DNA of 64,000 nt from Zancudomyces culisetae HAW-14-8 (taxonomy: Eukaryota; Fungi; Kickxellomycota). The stretch lies in NCBI GenBank assembly GCA_052426225.1, contig JBNJNM010000012.1, positions 1,488,001 through 1,552,000 of the forward strand. The letters are read 5' to 3'. Each line of letters opens with the position of its first letter. The first letter of the stretch is position 1. Shown in pieces: positions 49,516 to 62,431 of this stretch. Made by a program: the position numbers and the translations under genes. A model generated the notes under the pieces. It saw only the letters and a list, made by a program, of their open reading frames with translations. It had not been told where the DNA came from and searched no databases.

Positions 49516-52127
49516 TGTTGGACAATCTCCTGAGTTAGATGTGATGTTTTTATTCATACTAGCTTTAACTCATGAAAATTTTGACTTGTTGACATCATAT
49601 GGTATTGAGATCTGGCTATAACTACTACAATCAATAAAGGTTTAGAATTTCGTTAAGGTTCTGAGTAAGAATTTTTTCATGTATATAGGAATTGAAATTA
49701 TACTTTACATTGCTCTGATACATGTATTGTAGCTATAATTATATACTGCAATTACAACTTTATTTATGTATAACGTTATTAATGTTTTATTTTTGTATCA
49801 AAACTGTTCATGCCATGAACCGATTCTAGAATGTTCCCCAACATTCTAGAACATTTCCGAAAATTCTCATTGAAATTAATTTTTACTTACGTAATAATTT
49901 TCACATGTTTAATTTTATTAACATTCGTTTTTGATTTTTGTTTGATAACTTATCCAATTTGATTTATAATCAAATACATTTTCTTTAGTTCCATTTTTAG
50001 CTATTCCGCAGTTTTCAAGAGATTTTATTTAAAAACCAAGGCATGGAAAAAAGTATAAAATGGGTACAATTTTCCTGTCTTGAGTTCAGTAATTAGTATC
50101 TAGTATACATTCATATGTCAGGGTCTGGACTTGGATAAATTATTTTTATTAATAAACTAGACTATAAGTGAATAAACGAAACTAAACTCGTTGTAAAACT
50201 TATCGTTCCATCATGAAAATCGTATAGCTCATATACTTTTCATGATGGGACGATAATGTTAAAAATATACTAAATTTAAAACAAAACTGAAACATAACTA
50301 AAACATAACAAAAACATTTAAATTAATAATGTGGAGGTCGGTAAATGTTATGGTTATAAATGATAAATTATATGAAACATTGTCCTGTGGAGACAAAGGT
50401 TTTATAAAATTTAAAACCATAACAATGCTGCGCAATATTCTCAAATATCATTTTGGAAAATATAACTTTGTTGATTGCGCAGTAGATTAGGTAATTTAGA
50501 AACGTGTTAAAATTACGACATTTTACTGCGCAATTTACACGTTTTACATTACTAATCAATTGATTAGAAATAAATCTAGAATTCTAACATTCTAGAATAT
50601 TCTTTAAAGTTATAAAATGTTTTCATAGTTTTTAGTAGTTTTGGAAAAGTATATATAGCCATAGATTTTATCGAAAGAGAAGCTACAGCAATAAAATATC
50701 TACACAATATATATACTAGTTTTAATAACTAAATAAAATTTAATAAAATAATACCTAGTTGTCAGGTCCAGACAGTTATAGGAAGTATTTTACAAGTTTA
50801 GTTTGTATTTTATTGATGTAGTAATTTATTTAAATATTTTAACTAGTAAGTTTTAAACTACTATCCTAATCAATAATAATTTTGCCATACCGATAGCGAT
50901 TTTAGGTATGATACTTATATATAATCAACTTTTTAATTGAATAGTATTTTGAGGTTGGGTTTTGGGTATTGAAAAATTATATTAACTAATATTTGCTTAC
51001 CTTATTATGGGTAATTAATAAACACAAAACGTGGTTAATTATTGTTTTACCCAAAATTAAATATAATTTTGTTTAAACCCAAATCCAAATTTATTATGGA
51101 TTTCTCCAAAATGTCATGAATGGATCATGACAGATACTAATGTCATGAAATTAGTTTAGGTATAACCATATTTTATTAACTAGACAAACTAATACTTAAA
51201 ATGGAATAAGAGAAATTTTATCGCTAGAGAATCGATAAAATATTCGTTTGACTTTATAAATATACTTGTACTTGTATTACTAATGTAACTATAGGATCTA
51301 CTTAGATTAAAAAGTATATATAGAACTATAAATATATAGTGAAACATTTTTTCATACTTTAAATAATTTTATGAAACTGTTTTAAATTAATAAATAAACT
51401 AATTGAATGTTAAACATATATTAACTGGTTTGTGATTGTCATTTATGACAACTAAATACTATAATCCATGTAATAATACCTAAAAAGTTTTACTATTTCT
51501 GGGTCTAGTTTCGAAATGCGAATATAATAATGAATAAGATAATATAATGTATTAGTAAAACCAAGAGTGAATTACTACCAATTGTGCTTACAAATTCAAC
51601 AATAAGGTTAAATAATACTTATCATAATAAATGATAAAACATATATTTTATTATTTTTATAAATTAAATTAATTTAGAATTCCATTACAGTTATAGTTTG
51701 TTTTCAAATTCGGCAATATTTGGAGTTAGCAAATCAGATAGTCGTAGATCGTTATGAAAAATACAATGAATCAGTTTGCTGATATATGGTTGAAACTTTA
51801 TTATAATTATATATAATTTAAAATTTTTGGTTTATTTGTATTATTGTAGTTTGTAATCACTAATACAACTAGAAATATTAATGTATATATTATATACACA
51901 TATGTTTAACTAATAAATAATAAATCAAGGTTCATTAGAACTTTTGCAGTATATAAACCAACTTGAAAATTGAGAATATAGATAGTAAAATATAATTTTT
52001 ATGTTGATTTTTATATTAAAGCTTATGTCAAATAAGAATATAGATACAAAAATATTATTGATATTTTAACTGAAAAAAACATAAATGTTTGTAGTATCAT
52101 ATAATTAAAAAATGGAATCGTAAAAAA

Positions 52128-52208
52128 TCCGAGAACCCGGATTTGAACCAGGGACCTAGAGATGACAATTCACTACAGTCTCCCGCTCTACCGCTGAGCT
52201 ATTCTCGG
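52128..52208 (-). tRNA. tRNA-Tyr(GUA) with 9-nt intron, copy 2
   Basis: Exact reverse complement of 23213-23293. Confidence 0.95.
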
Positions 52209-52215
52209 ATATTAA

Positions 52216-52903
52216 TGTTGTAATTTTAGTTTGCACAATATTTCTCAGGAAATTTCCGCAACTAAACCTACAAAAAGTTCTGCTAATAGAGGGGGATTGT
52301 TACTGGAATAAGTTTTACTTTATTTAACCAGTCAACCCTACCTTTTTAGCTTATATTTAATTTAGTTTTATGTATTTATTACTTCAATAAATGCGATAAA
52401 ACTGGGTAAAATTACGCCCAAATCCTAAAATTTGGTGTGCAAAACGATTAATTTTGGTCCAAAAATTAGACTCTGATACCTTTCTGATACCCTTTGAAAA
52501 TTGTGTTACGCTTCACTACCTATGTTTTTTTTTGGTTTTAGGTAGGTTTTTGCTCAAATCACAAATTTCAATTTTATAGAGTAAAATCAAGTATTTTAGA
52601 GCTAATTTGTATTTTATTTAATGAATAACTTTTAAAAATAAAAAGATAAAACCACCAAACTTGTGGTGAGGTTACTAGTAATATACTAGTACCTGACTAG
52701 CTATTTTATTAGAACTTTATATAATAGAAACTTAAAATAAAACAATTAAAACTGAATATTTCTCCAACATTTGGGTAATTTATTACCCAAGAAATCCCAG
52801 ATTTCTTGCTCGAACACCCGAGATAACGGTGGTTATTCGGTGTTTGAGAAGCTGTATGCTGTTCATCCAATAGTTTAGCTTGGGTAGAACTAAGCATACA
52901 ACA
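52216..52903. repeat. Solo LTR U1, inserted 7 bp upstream of tRNA-Tyr copy 2
   Basis: TGTTGTA...TACAACA termini; 4-bp TSD TTAA (52212-52215 and 52904-52907); absent from the left arm. Confidence 0.85.
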
Positions 52904-52907
52904 TTAA

Positions 52908-54331
52908 TGTCGTGTAGTGAAAATCATTAAATATATAATTGGTAACTTTCGCTACCAAGTACCACACGGGACGAGTCATTTTCAATAATATATAAATGTA
53001 TATTACTATTATTTACCTGTGGAAAAGTACAATTTATTAATTAATTCACAATAAACATATTTATACTATTTCTATAAAATACATCTATTAAACTAACCAA
53101 TAAAATTGGGACAACTCTTCAGTATAGTTTACTATACGACAATGTTTGTTAGATTCAATTTATTAGAATTCTAACTGGTTCAACTAGAGGGGTGGTATCA
53201 AGAGACTGGGTTTAACCATTTTAACTAGTGCCACTTTCTAGTCATACATATAAATGTAACCGGAACATTTATATGGGTCAAAAATTGACAATTTATTTAA
53301 GATTCAAAATAATAATTTCTTAAATACTAAATTATACTAGAAAAACTAATAAAAATAATAACTATAAAATTAACTCATAGTATGCAAAGGTTCATATTGC
53401 ATACAACAGTATGTCGTATAATTAGTAGCACCTTATTGTATGAGCACTTTTTCCCAATGGGTTTTTCCACATACAACGTTTATTAGTTTTATCAGTCGAT
53501 TTATAGTATTTAAACAATAAGAGGCATACACCTACTGATTATTTAGTTAAGAATTGCAACAATATCATAAGTACATGATTGCAATTGTCTTTCATAGCAG
53601 TTAATAGCTACATCAAGTTGTAAACAATCAACGTGGAAAGTTAATCCAAGTACATTTTTCTACCTATGAGTATAAAAATCATATCAGAATATCTTAATAA
53701 AAAATCATCAAGTAGTTTAATATAAAATCACTACATGTTTGTTGAATTCGTTTTCATTTTTTAGTACTAGTCCAATAGTATTTTCCCAAAAAACTTCCAC
53801 TAATATCAATCACGGTTCCCTAGAAGGGTGGTTATTACTGACACAGGATTTACCATTTCTAGCCAGTAAACCAATATCTATAATCTTCCGCGGAAGAACA
53901 CAACTGACAATTTCCACAATTAATATTAAATATAATTTTATTTGAAAGAATTCCTCCCAAAACCTGGAAAATATAGCCAAAATGGCCCTTTCCTTACACT
54001 AAAAAAATAGTATTACGCCTCTCTATAAATGTTTATTTTTACTTTTAGTGTAGTTATGGTCGGATTTACAAATTTTTCAATTTATACTAATAATTTACTA
54101 ATAAAATTGATTAAAAATAAATCCACTAATAAAGTATAAAATCGATTCGACTAAAATATAAATCGATTTGTACTATTAAATTGGCTATAAAACTGACAAA
54201 AATTTATGACATGGTCATAATTTTTGTACTCTAAATTGAATTGCGCAGGAAACAATTTTTTCAAAAATATTACTCTGCTATTTTGCAGCAATGAAAGCGG
54301 TAAATTTAAGTTGATGCTTTTGCATACAACA
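52908..54331. repeat. Stacked LTR units U2 (52908-53141), U3 (53147-53408) and U4 (53412-54331)
   Basis: Each has TGT...ACA termini; spacers ATGTT and GTA. Confidence 0.7.
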
Positions 54332-54336
54332 TTTTG

Positions 54337-55117
54337 TGTCGTAAAGTGTTACATTAAGTATATTACTACCTCGACTTAGCATGCAATAAATTCCACAACT
54401 GAGTCCACAAAAAATATCGAATTTTTAGTATAATTATGTTTTCATACTAAATCAAAATTAAATTAAACAATTACTGTGTTCTCACCGTATGAAGAATAAT
54501 TTATATCATACACAAAATAGTGTGACCATTTCACATATTGTTTCTATTAATATTGTTTAATGTTTAAATTATAATAAGTATGAATATTGATATCATATAT
54601 TTAGCTTTAAAAAAATCACTTTAATCATATTAAACATATCATATTTAAAATGGACACTAGGGCGGATACGAAAACCCCTTCCATGATCATCTATACGAAT
54701 TAAGATTAATAAACTCAGTTTAAATAAAGATAATTCAAATCAACTTAAAGTAAAATAATCATAATGATTAACTATATGTTTAACACAGGTGTGAGAGAGT
54801 CTAGGAGAGATTCGTCAACCACCTCCAACAGTACTAGGGGCAGTAGCATGGACCAGGATATCGGGACACTCAGTTCTCGAACCCTTGGGGAACTGACGGA
54901 AAGCGTCCGACAGATCCAGATTCGTAGAAGCCCGGAGAGCATGTCGATAGATACACCATCTTCGACGGAATATAGGGATAGTGTCTCACCCGAGAACATC
55001 CTAATGAACATTCAGTTACACAAAAGGAGTGTAACCGAGGCCACAGAACAAGCTCCTACAAGCTTGATACGTGGTAATAGCGCGAGTGAGAGTACCGAAA
55101 CATCCCACTCTGCGACA
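54337..55117 (+). repeat. Solo LTR U5 with coding 3' portion
   Basis: TGTCGTA...TGCGACA; ORF from 54764 runs through the LTR end; paralogous to U6. Confidence 0.75.
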
Positions 55118-55120
55118 ATA

Positions 55121-55884
55121 TGTCGCATAATGTGAAGTATCACTACTTCCATTAGCGCTACCATCACGTGCTATACCGGTTCTGGTACGATCACTGATGG
55201 TTGATGCACTTCTATTGCGTAATGCAATGTACACCGAGGGGTGCTCGGGTGAGCTAATACCCCTGTACAGTGTCGGTGAAATTGTACTCACCGACATTTC
55301 TTCCGGGCTCCTACGGATCTGGAGTTGACGGACACTTTCCGTCAACTCACCAAGAGTGCGGGGACTTAATACCCCTGCATCCTGATCCATGCTGCTGCCC
55401 CTGCTCATGCTGGTAGAAGTGTGTGACTCCCTCCTGGAGTCACATTCGGTTCCATCCAACTGTTTAAAAACATTATTGCTAATATATATTTTGGTTTATA
55501 TTTGATTTTATTTAATTGTTTTATTATAATATTCCGTATCGAGACATGGATGAGGTTTTCATATGTCATCCATACGTCTCCTTAAATATATTATTCAAAT
55601 TTTAAACCACTATATATAAACTAAATACTAAAATATGACTATTGTTATAATATTATTAATAATTAGTTTGTTATTAATGATAGTTGTAAAATGCATGGGA
55701 TCATTTTACATTTTACATTCATCATTATTGAACTAGCTCAGTATAAAAAATGAAATGCATACTAAGCCCAAAATTGTTTGAAATTATTTAAAAAAGTTAA
55801 CAACAATGAATTTGCATTTTCGCACTGAGTGTACCATTTTCAGGCACATCCGCGTACTCTTGTATAAATGTTAATAATGCGACA
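55121..55884 (-). repeat. Solo LTR, family U6
   Basis: Closely similar to 22445-23209. Confidence 0.88.
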
Positions 55885-55974
55885 ATGTCGTATAGAAATA
55901 CATATAGAAGGATAAGGGGAATTAGTGTCCGGTTTTATTAAGTAAATTTTTTGTTATATTTAATGTTTAGATTG

Positions 55975-56360
55975 TGTCAAGACCTGACACTAAGTACTAT
56001 TATTATAAATAGTTACTTGACTTATTAGAAAAAATACTAATGAATGAAAGTGTTATATTGCTAAAGATCTGTTTTGCAATAAAATCCTATCATTTATATA
56101 ATTTACCTAAACAGAATTATAAAACGTATTATTAAACTTAATCAAAATAAAACTAGAGAATGATCAAACATAAACATCGATATTATTTTAACTGCAATAT
56201 ATTACATATTGCAGTTATTGAAACATTCGCCACAACGGGTAAAATGTTTAATAAATTTTTTCAAATAAATTCAATTGAGAATGAAATAATTTGCGGAGAG
56301 AATGTTAAATAAATATATCAAATACTAATTATAGTGAAATTAAAAATAGCAGTTATGACA
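55975..56360 (-). repeat. Diverged family X-like solo LTR
   Basis: TGTCAAGACCTGACACTAAGTAC...TTATGACA. Confidence 0.7.
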
Positions 56361-57181
56361 TGATTGTTATGAATAAAACGTAGTTCTATAATTTAATTTT
56401 AATTAATTTTATTTCTACTTTAGTTAAACTAAATTAGTAAGTTGAATTTCCATTTTAGTAAAGTTACATAAATTGATTTAGGTAATCATGAAATTAATTT
56501 ATTACCAATTCGATTTTAGTAACTGTTTATATTTTACATAAACCAAAACAACACAATGTTAACTAAACCCCTACATTGAAAATCATGAAACTAATCAAGG
56601 GTCAAACTCCTTGAATGTTTATCGAAGTAAGAAAATATTTTTTCTTCGATAAACAAGGTCTTGCGACCTTGGTTTTTTTCAGGAAATTTTCGCTGACGAA
56701 AATGTATATAAACCCAACGAAATTCGTTGTGGAAATCGTCAGTGAATAATATTCACTTTAGTTTAATAAAGTTAATATATTTCTTAAATCAAGTTCATTA
56801 AATAAAATAAATCTAGTTCTAACAATGATAAATCATGACATCTCTACCCTCTAATGCTTTTTCATGGTCCAGGCTTATTCGGATATGCAATATGAAAATC
56901 AGTAACTAAATCAGGGGCATGGACATCAGTAGCGTCTTCCCATGTTCTATCCTCTGGCGCATATCCTTTCCAGTCGATTAGATATTTCAATTTACCTTTG
57001 GATAATTTGGAGTCGAGTATAGCAGCTACTTCAAACTCTTCTTCGTTATCAATAATGACAGGTGGTGGTGGAAGTTCTTGAAGACGATTGGACAGTAAGT
57101 TAGATTTATAAGGTTTAGAAGTGATACATGGAATACAGGATGTATTGTCATAGTTGCTGGAAGTTTGAGTTTTGCTGCTAC

Positions 57182-57320
57182 TGTAACAGCCAATAACGTT
57201 ACATCTTACTACCCATTTTTATATTATACTTTTCTTATTCTATAAAATCATTTGTTTTATACTTTGTTGTAATTCCCTAAGAATTACAACCTGTTTAACC
57301 AATAAAACTCGTTCTTGACT
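57182..57320. repeat. Short solo LTR (139 bp) in the element D integrase
   Basis: TGTAAC...TTGACT; TSD GCTAC. Confidence 0.8.
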
Positions 57321-60289
57321 GCTACTGGGTTAATCATCTCAATGATTTCAAATGGTCTGATAATTTGAAATCAAGCTTGTGAGACAATCTCATGGTTTTA
57401 AGGTTGGTTTGTGATAACCAAAACTTATCACCAGCAGTAAATGTAACTAGAATGTTTCTATTGCGATCAGAAACCTCTTGTAGTTCTCCTTGGCCTTACT
57501 TAGGTGTAGTTTTAACTCAGTTGAATAGTTTGTAGATGACTAGCAAATTCCTGAGTATTTGGTACATTGGAATCATTGAGGTTGCTAATAATAAACTCGG
57601 GATCATACCCATAATAGCATGAAATGGTCTAACCTTGGTACTAGCGTGAGTTGCATTGTTATACGCAAACTCAGCCAATGGAAGCAACTGACACCAATTA
57701 TCTTGTTGATAGTTAACAAAACACCTCAAATACTGTTCAAGTATTTGATTGATGCGTTCAGTTTGACCATCAGATTGTGGGTGGTATGCAGTAGAGTGAT
57801 GAAGTTTGATGTTTAGAAGTCGTGAGAGTTCGGTCCAAAACTTGGATACAAACTGTGGACCACGATCAGATATAATGCTACTTGGAAGTCCATGTAGTTT
57901 AAATACATGATCCATAAAACTAGAAGCAGTAACAGAAGCAGATGGTGTACTTTTGAGAGGGATGAAATGAGCCATCTTGGTGAGGCGATCCACAACAACC
58001 AGTACAACAGTGTTGCCCTGTGAACGTGGTAGTTCCACAATGAAATCCATTGATACTGATTCCCAAGGACGATTGGGAGTATTCAATGGCATTAAGAGTC
58101 CTGATGGCTTAGTAGAGATGTGTTTTGCTCGGTTGCAGGTATCGCAAAAGTCGATGTAGTCTTTTATTGTGGCTTTCATGTTTGGCCACCAGAACTGACG
58201 TGAAACCAAGGACATGGTTTTAGCGTGACCAAAATGACCAGCTGGCAGTGTGTCATGACACATGGCAAAAACTTGAAGACGCAGTGATTCAGGAACAAAC
58301 ATCCTATCGTTGTACAATAAGATTTTATCAGAACAGGAGACTTTTGAGTTGTTTAGAAGTTCTTGAGCTTGAGTATCAGATTCAGTAATTGCTTTGATTT
58401 GAGAAATGATATCACTAGTCTGGCTGGTATCAATAGCTGCAATTACAAACTTGGGTTGCCAGATAGGTCTATCCTCAAGATTCACCCCCTCCTTATGCTC
58501 ATCCTTCCTAGATAGAGCATCTGCTTTACCGTTTTGTGATCCTGGACGGTAAGTAAGCTCGATATCAAACCGGGTTAGGAACAGGGCCCATCTTGCTTGA
58601 CGCTGATTTAGAATCTTGGCGGAGCGGAAATACTCAAGATTCTTGTGGTCGGTGATGACCAAAACCGGATGAGAGGCACCTTCTAGATGATGTCGCCACT
58701 GCTCGAGGGCACATTTGATGGCTAGAAGTTCCTTGTCATAGATGTGGTAGTTTCTTTCAGCAGGATTCAGCGTTCGGGAATAGAAAGCTACAGGATGAGT
58801 TTCGCCATTAATTTACTGAGATAACACAGCTCCTAAAGCAAAGTTGGATGCATCACATTCGAGGAGAAACTATGTTTCTGGGTCAGGATGTGAGAGAACG
58901 GGAGCTGTGGTACATTGTTCCTTGAGATTTTTAAACGCAGATTGTTGTGCTGAGCCCCAGATAAACTGGGTATTTTTCTTGAGTAAGGAGGTAATCGGAG
59001 TTACAATACGTGAGAAGTCTTGGATAAAACGGCGATAGAAGTTAACAAATCCAAGGAAGGATTGGATGTCCTTGACTGATTTTGGTGTATCCCAATCCAA
59101 TATTGCAGATACTCGAGACGGATCCATGACTAGGCCTGCAGGTGTGATTATGAAGCCTAAAAACTCTACTCTTTCTTGGTCAAACTCACACTTTTCAAGT
59201 TTGGCGTAGAGTTTGTGAGTAATCAGTCTTTCTAAAACAGTACGAACATGGATAGTATGTTCTTCAGGTGTTGCAGAAAATACCAGAATGTCATCAAGGT
59301 ATATGACAACATAGACGTCTAGGATATCACGAAAAACGTCATTGACAAATGATTGAAAGGTTCCAGGAGCATTAGTCAGACCGAATGGCATAACTTTGAC
59401 TCAAACTGACCATACTGTGTTCGGAAAGCCGTTTTTTCTTTATCGCCTTTCCTTATGCGTACCAGATTGTACGCGCCACGCAGATCAAGTTTTGTGAATA
59501 CTTTAGCAGATTGGACTCGTTCCAGTAGCTCAGTCATCAACGGTAAAGGATACCGGTTACGTTTGACGACTTTGTTTAGAGCTCTGTAGTCCACAACTAG
59601 TCTTAAAGAGCCATCTTTTTTACCTGTGAAGAATACAGGGGCTCCAGCAGGTGATTTAGAGCGGACTATGAAACCTTTTGCAAGATTTTCATCGATGTAC
59701 TCTTTAAGCGCTGTTCGCTCCTTTGGTGCAAGTGGATAAATAGGTCCATATGGTAAGGCGGCATTGGGTAACAGATCAATTGGGCAGTCGTAAGGGCGAT
59801 GAGGAGGTAGAGTATCGGCCTTTTGTTTGTCAAAAGCTTGGCTGAGGTATAGATATTTACTTGGAATAGTAGTAGTTAAGGAATCAGGAGGTAGTGAAAT
59901 TGGTTTGGCTTGGTTTATCATGCCTATCAAATGTAAAACAGAGTGTTTTAACTTTTTGATAGGCACCTTTTGTTGGAACTCAATATCACAAGAACGTTTG
60001 CGAATTGGTTCAACCGGATCAGCTGGTGGTGGAGTCATCGGGCGTAACTCTTCAAAAGTTTCCATATCAGCACTCTGAATACTATTTTCAGAGTCGGCAC
60101 TTTGAATTGAGATGTCGCTGATATCGGAACTTGGTGAGAAGTACAGCTCAGAATCCAACGAATACACTGATTCATGTTCATAATCTAAATCTGTTTCATA
60201 TTCTGGATCAGAAATTTTATCATCATTTTCAGAATATGAGGTGGATTCTTGATCCTGAACTGACTCAATGACTTCTTGGTTGTGTACTT

Positions 60290-60520
60290 GGTTCTTATAA
60301 TCCTGGTTTAAATTTTCCTGGCTATTGACAGTATTTTCCTGGCTATTGTAAGTATTTTCCTGGCTATGGTTTTCCTGGCTGTGGTTAGTCTCCTGGTTTA
60401 AATTTTCCTGGCTGTGGTTACTTTGGCAATGGATAGTCTGACTGTGGTTATCTTTAACATGGTTTTCCTGGTTGTTAGTTTCCTGACTTTGGGTTTCTTG
60501 GCTGAGGTTATTCTGGCTAA
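60290..60520 (-). repeat. Coding minisatellite (NSQEN/NHSQE) in the PR-RT spacer
   Basis: Repeated TTTTCCTGGCT units. Confidence 0.75.
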
Positions 60521-61105
60521 TTAGTGCTGGTCCTGGTGCTGGTGCTTGTTTTGACATGAATGAGGTATTAGTCTTGATAATCGTTGGATTGGATCTTTGA
60601 GTTGAGAACCTTTTGATAATGCAGTGTTTTTGGCAATATGCATTATCAAAATGAATTAATCTCTTCTTCCAATTGATAGTGGGCTCATGGTGTTCAAGCC
60701 ACGGAAGTCCTAAAATCATGTCAACATGGTAGGAGTTTATGATTTCAAACGTGGCTACTTCTTGGTGAACTCCAATCTTGATTTTGAGCGGGACAGTTTG
60801 GTGTGTGATTGGACCGGCAGACATTGGAGTACCATCTACAAACTCCACAGGTATTGGAGTTGTTTTGGAAATGGATGGAATCGAATGGTTAGATACAAAA
60901 CCTTGGTTTATGAACAAACCAGAAGCACCTGAATCTACCATGGCGACGATTTGCAACTTTACGTTACTTGGGAGTAGTAAAGAAACAGTGACAAGAAAAC
61001 GATGGGGGTTGTAGACGTCTCGAATACTGCTGACTTGATGGACAAAGGATCTGGAACGGGGGAAGTCTTTGGTTGGGATGGATTGGTTCAGGATTGGCTT
61101 CCCAA

Positions 61106-61999
61106 TTAAGCCTGAACCCGGTGGTTTCCCTGCTTAGCTTTCTTAAGCTTTTCGGGACAGGTGGTAACTTGGTGGCCTTCTCCGCCGCAGTAATAGCAGA
61201 GTCCAAGTTTCATTCGACCTTCTCTCTCGGTTGGAGAGACGACACGCTGAACGGAATCCACCTGCATAGGTTCTATCTGAGAACTGGTGGGCTGAACATA
61301 TGGCTGAATGCCTCTCTTTCTCCTGGCCTTGTCCTCCTTGCGCCTGGTTAACCTGGCATCAATGAGGATTGCAGCATTGATGTAACCTTCCAAATCATCA
61401 GGAGTTTGGAATAGCGCAAGGGTGTCGAGCACGGCTTCGCTCAGACCCTCGGCAAACTGGGATACGAGAGCTGACTCGTTCCAGTCGAGATCCATCATTA
61501 AACGACGGAACTCTGATGCATACATTGAGACAGGTGAGGTGCCCTGTTTCAATGCCCTGATAGCATCATTGGCTGTTTGAGACCGTTGAGGGTCATCAAA
61601 CACCTTGGCGAACTCTTTCATAAAGAGTTCGTAGTCCTGGAGCACAGGGCTATCCTTTTCAATGTAAGGGCTAGCCCAACGGAGCGCATTCCCTGTGAGA
61701 TGGGACATAACAAGACCAACCTTGTTGGTGGCGGACGGGTAGTGGTCTGGGTGGGTAAAGACCAGTAGACGGCATTGGTTTACAAAACCACGGAAGTTGC
61801 TGCGATCTCCGTCATACCTTTCTGGCAAGGCTATGCGGGCAGCGGCTGGCTGAACAGGTATTGGTACTGGTGCAGTCTGGGCGGACTTTTCTTGTTCTGC
61901 TGGTGGAGCTGGTGGAGCTGATTGTTGGTATTTCAATCGCTTGTTTTATTCTTTAAGCTTTTGATATTCGGCTAACAATTCACGGTGTTTATTAGACAT
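61106..61999 (-). pseudogene. gag: gag of element D (internal TAA near 61949)
   Basis: ATG at 61999, PMQVD motif, CYYCGGEGHQVTTC knuckle. Confidence 0.88.
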
Positions 62000-62030
62000 A
62001 ATAGTAGGTAGTGTAAGAGCAATAAAATAA

Positions 62031-62431
62031 TGTCACGACTTGACACTAAGTACTATATGTATTAACTATGACCATGATTTATTTAATAAAATACTATGAG
62101 ATGAATAGTATTTTATTGCTAAAGTTTTCTAAAGCAATATAATCCCTGGTCTTATATAGTTTTATAAGCTAATAATTCGCTTGAAAACATCCTTAAAGAC
62201 TATAGATAAAACTAAAATTAAACTAAAACTAAAAATTTAAATATCACTAACACCACAGTTGATAATATAGATTGCTATTTTTGGAATACACAAAATAGAA
62301 ATTATTAATTATTACTCTAAAAATAATAATTATGAGTATGAATTAAGCTGAGAAAATATAATAAAATTAACATTTTTCTATTTTTATTATCATATTAAAA
62401 ATAACAATAATGACATTAATAGATCATGACA
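62031..62431 (-). repeat. 5' LTR of element D (family X)
   Basis: TGT...ACA termini; homologous solo LTRs at 27135 and 40003. Confidence 0.9.

Larger units (their letters stand above)
48636..54342 (-). repeat. Right arm of large inverted repeat
   Basis: Reverse complement of 21003-26785, apart from the arm-specific LTRs next to the tRNA. Confidence 0.95.
56851..61130 (-). pseudogene. pol: pol of element D (frameshifts at ~59390, ~58870, ~57600)
   Basis: VDSGA, YLDD, RNase H, integrase and chromodomain (EFEVAAILDS...WKGY) in successive frames. Confidence 0.92.
56365..62431 (-). mobile_element. Decayed Ty3/Gypsy chromovirus (element D) with non-matching LTRs
   Basis: 5' LTR 62031-62431 (family X) with self-priming PBS; PPT GAGGGTAGAGA adjoining a different LTR at 56365-56840; gag and pol between them. 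Confidence 0.85.

Noticed and set aside
52216-55974. CRISPR-like array
   Set aside because: No constant repeat with uniform spacers and no cas genes; the units are 230-920 bp LTR-like elements, so the analogy is only to polarity
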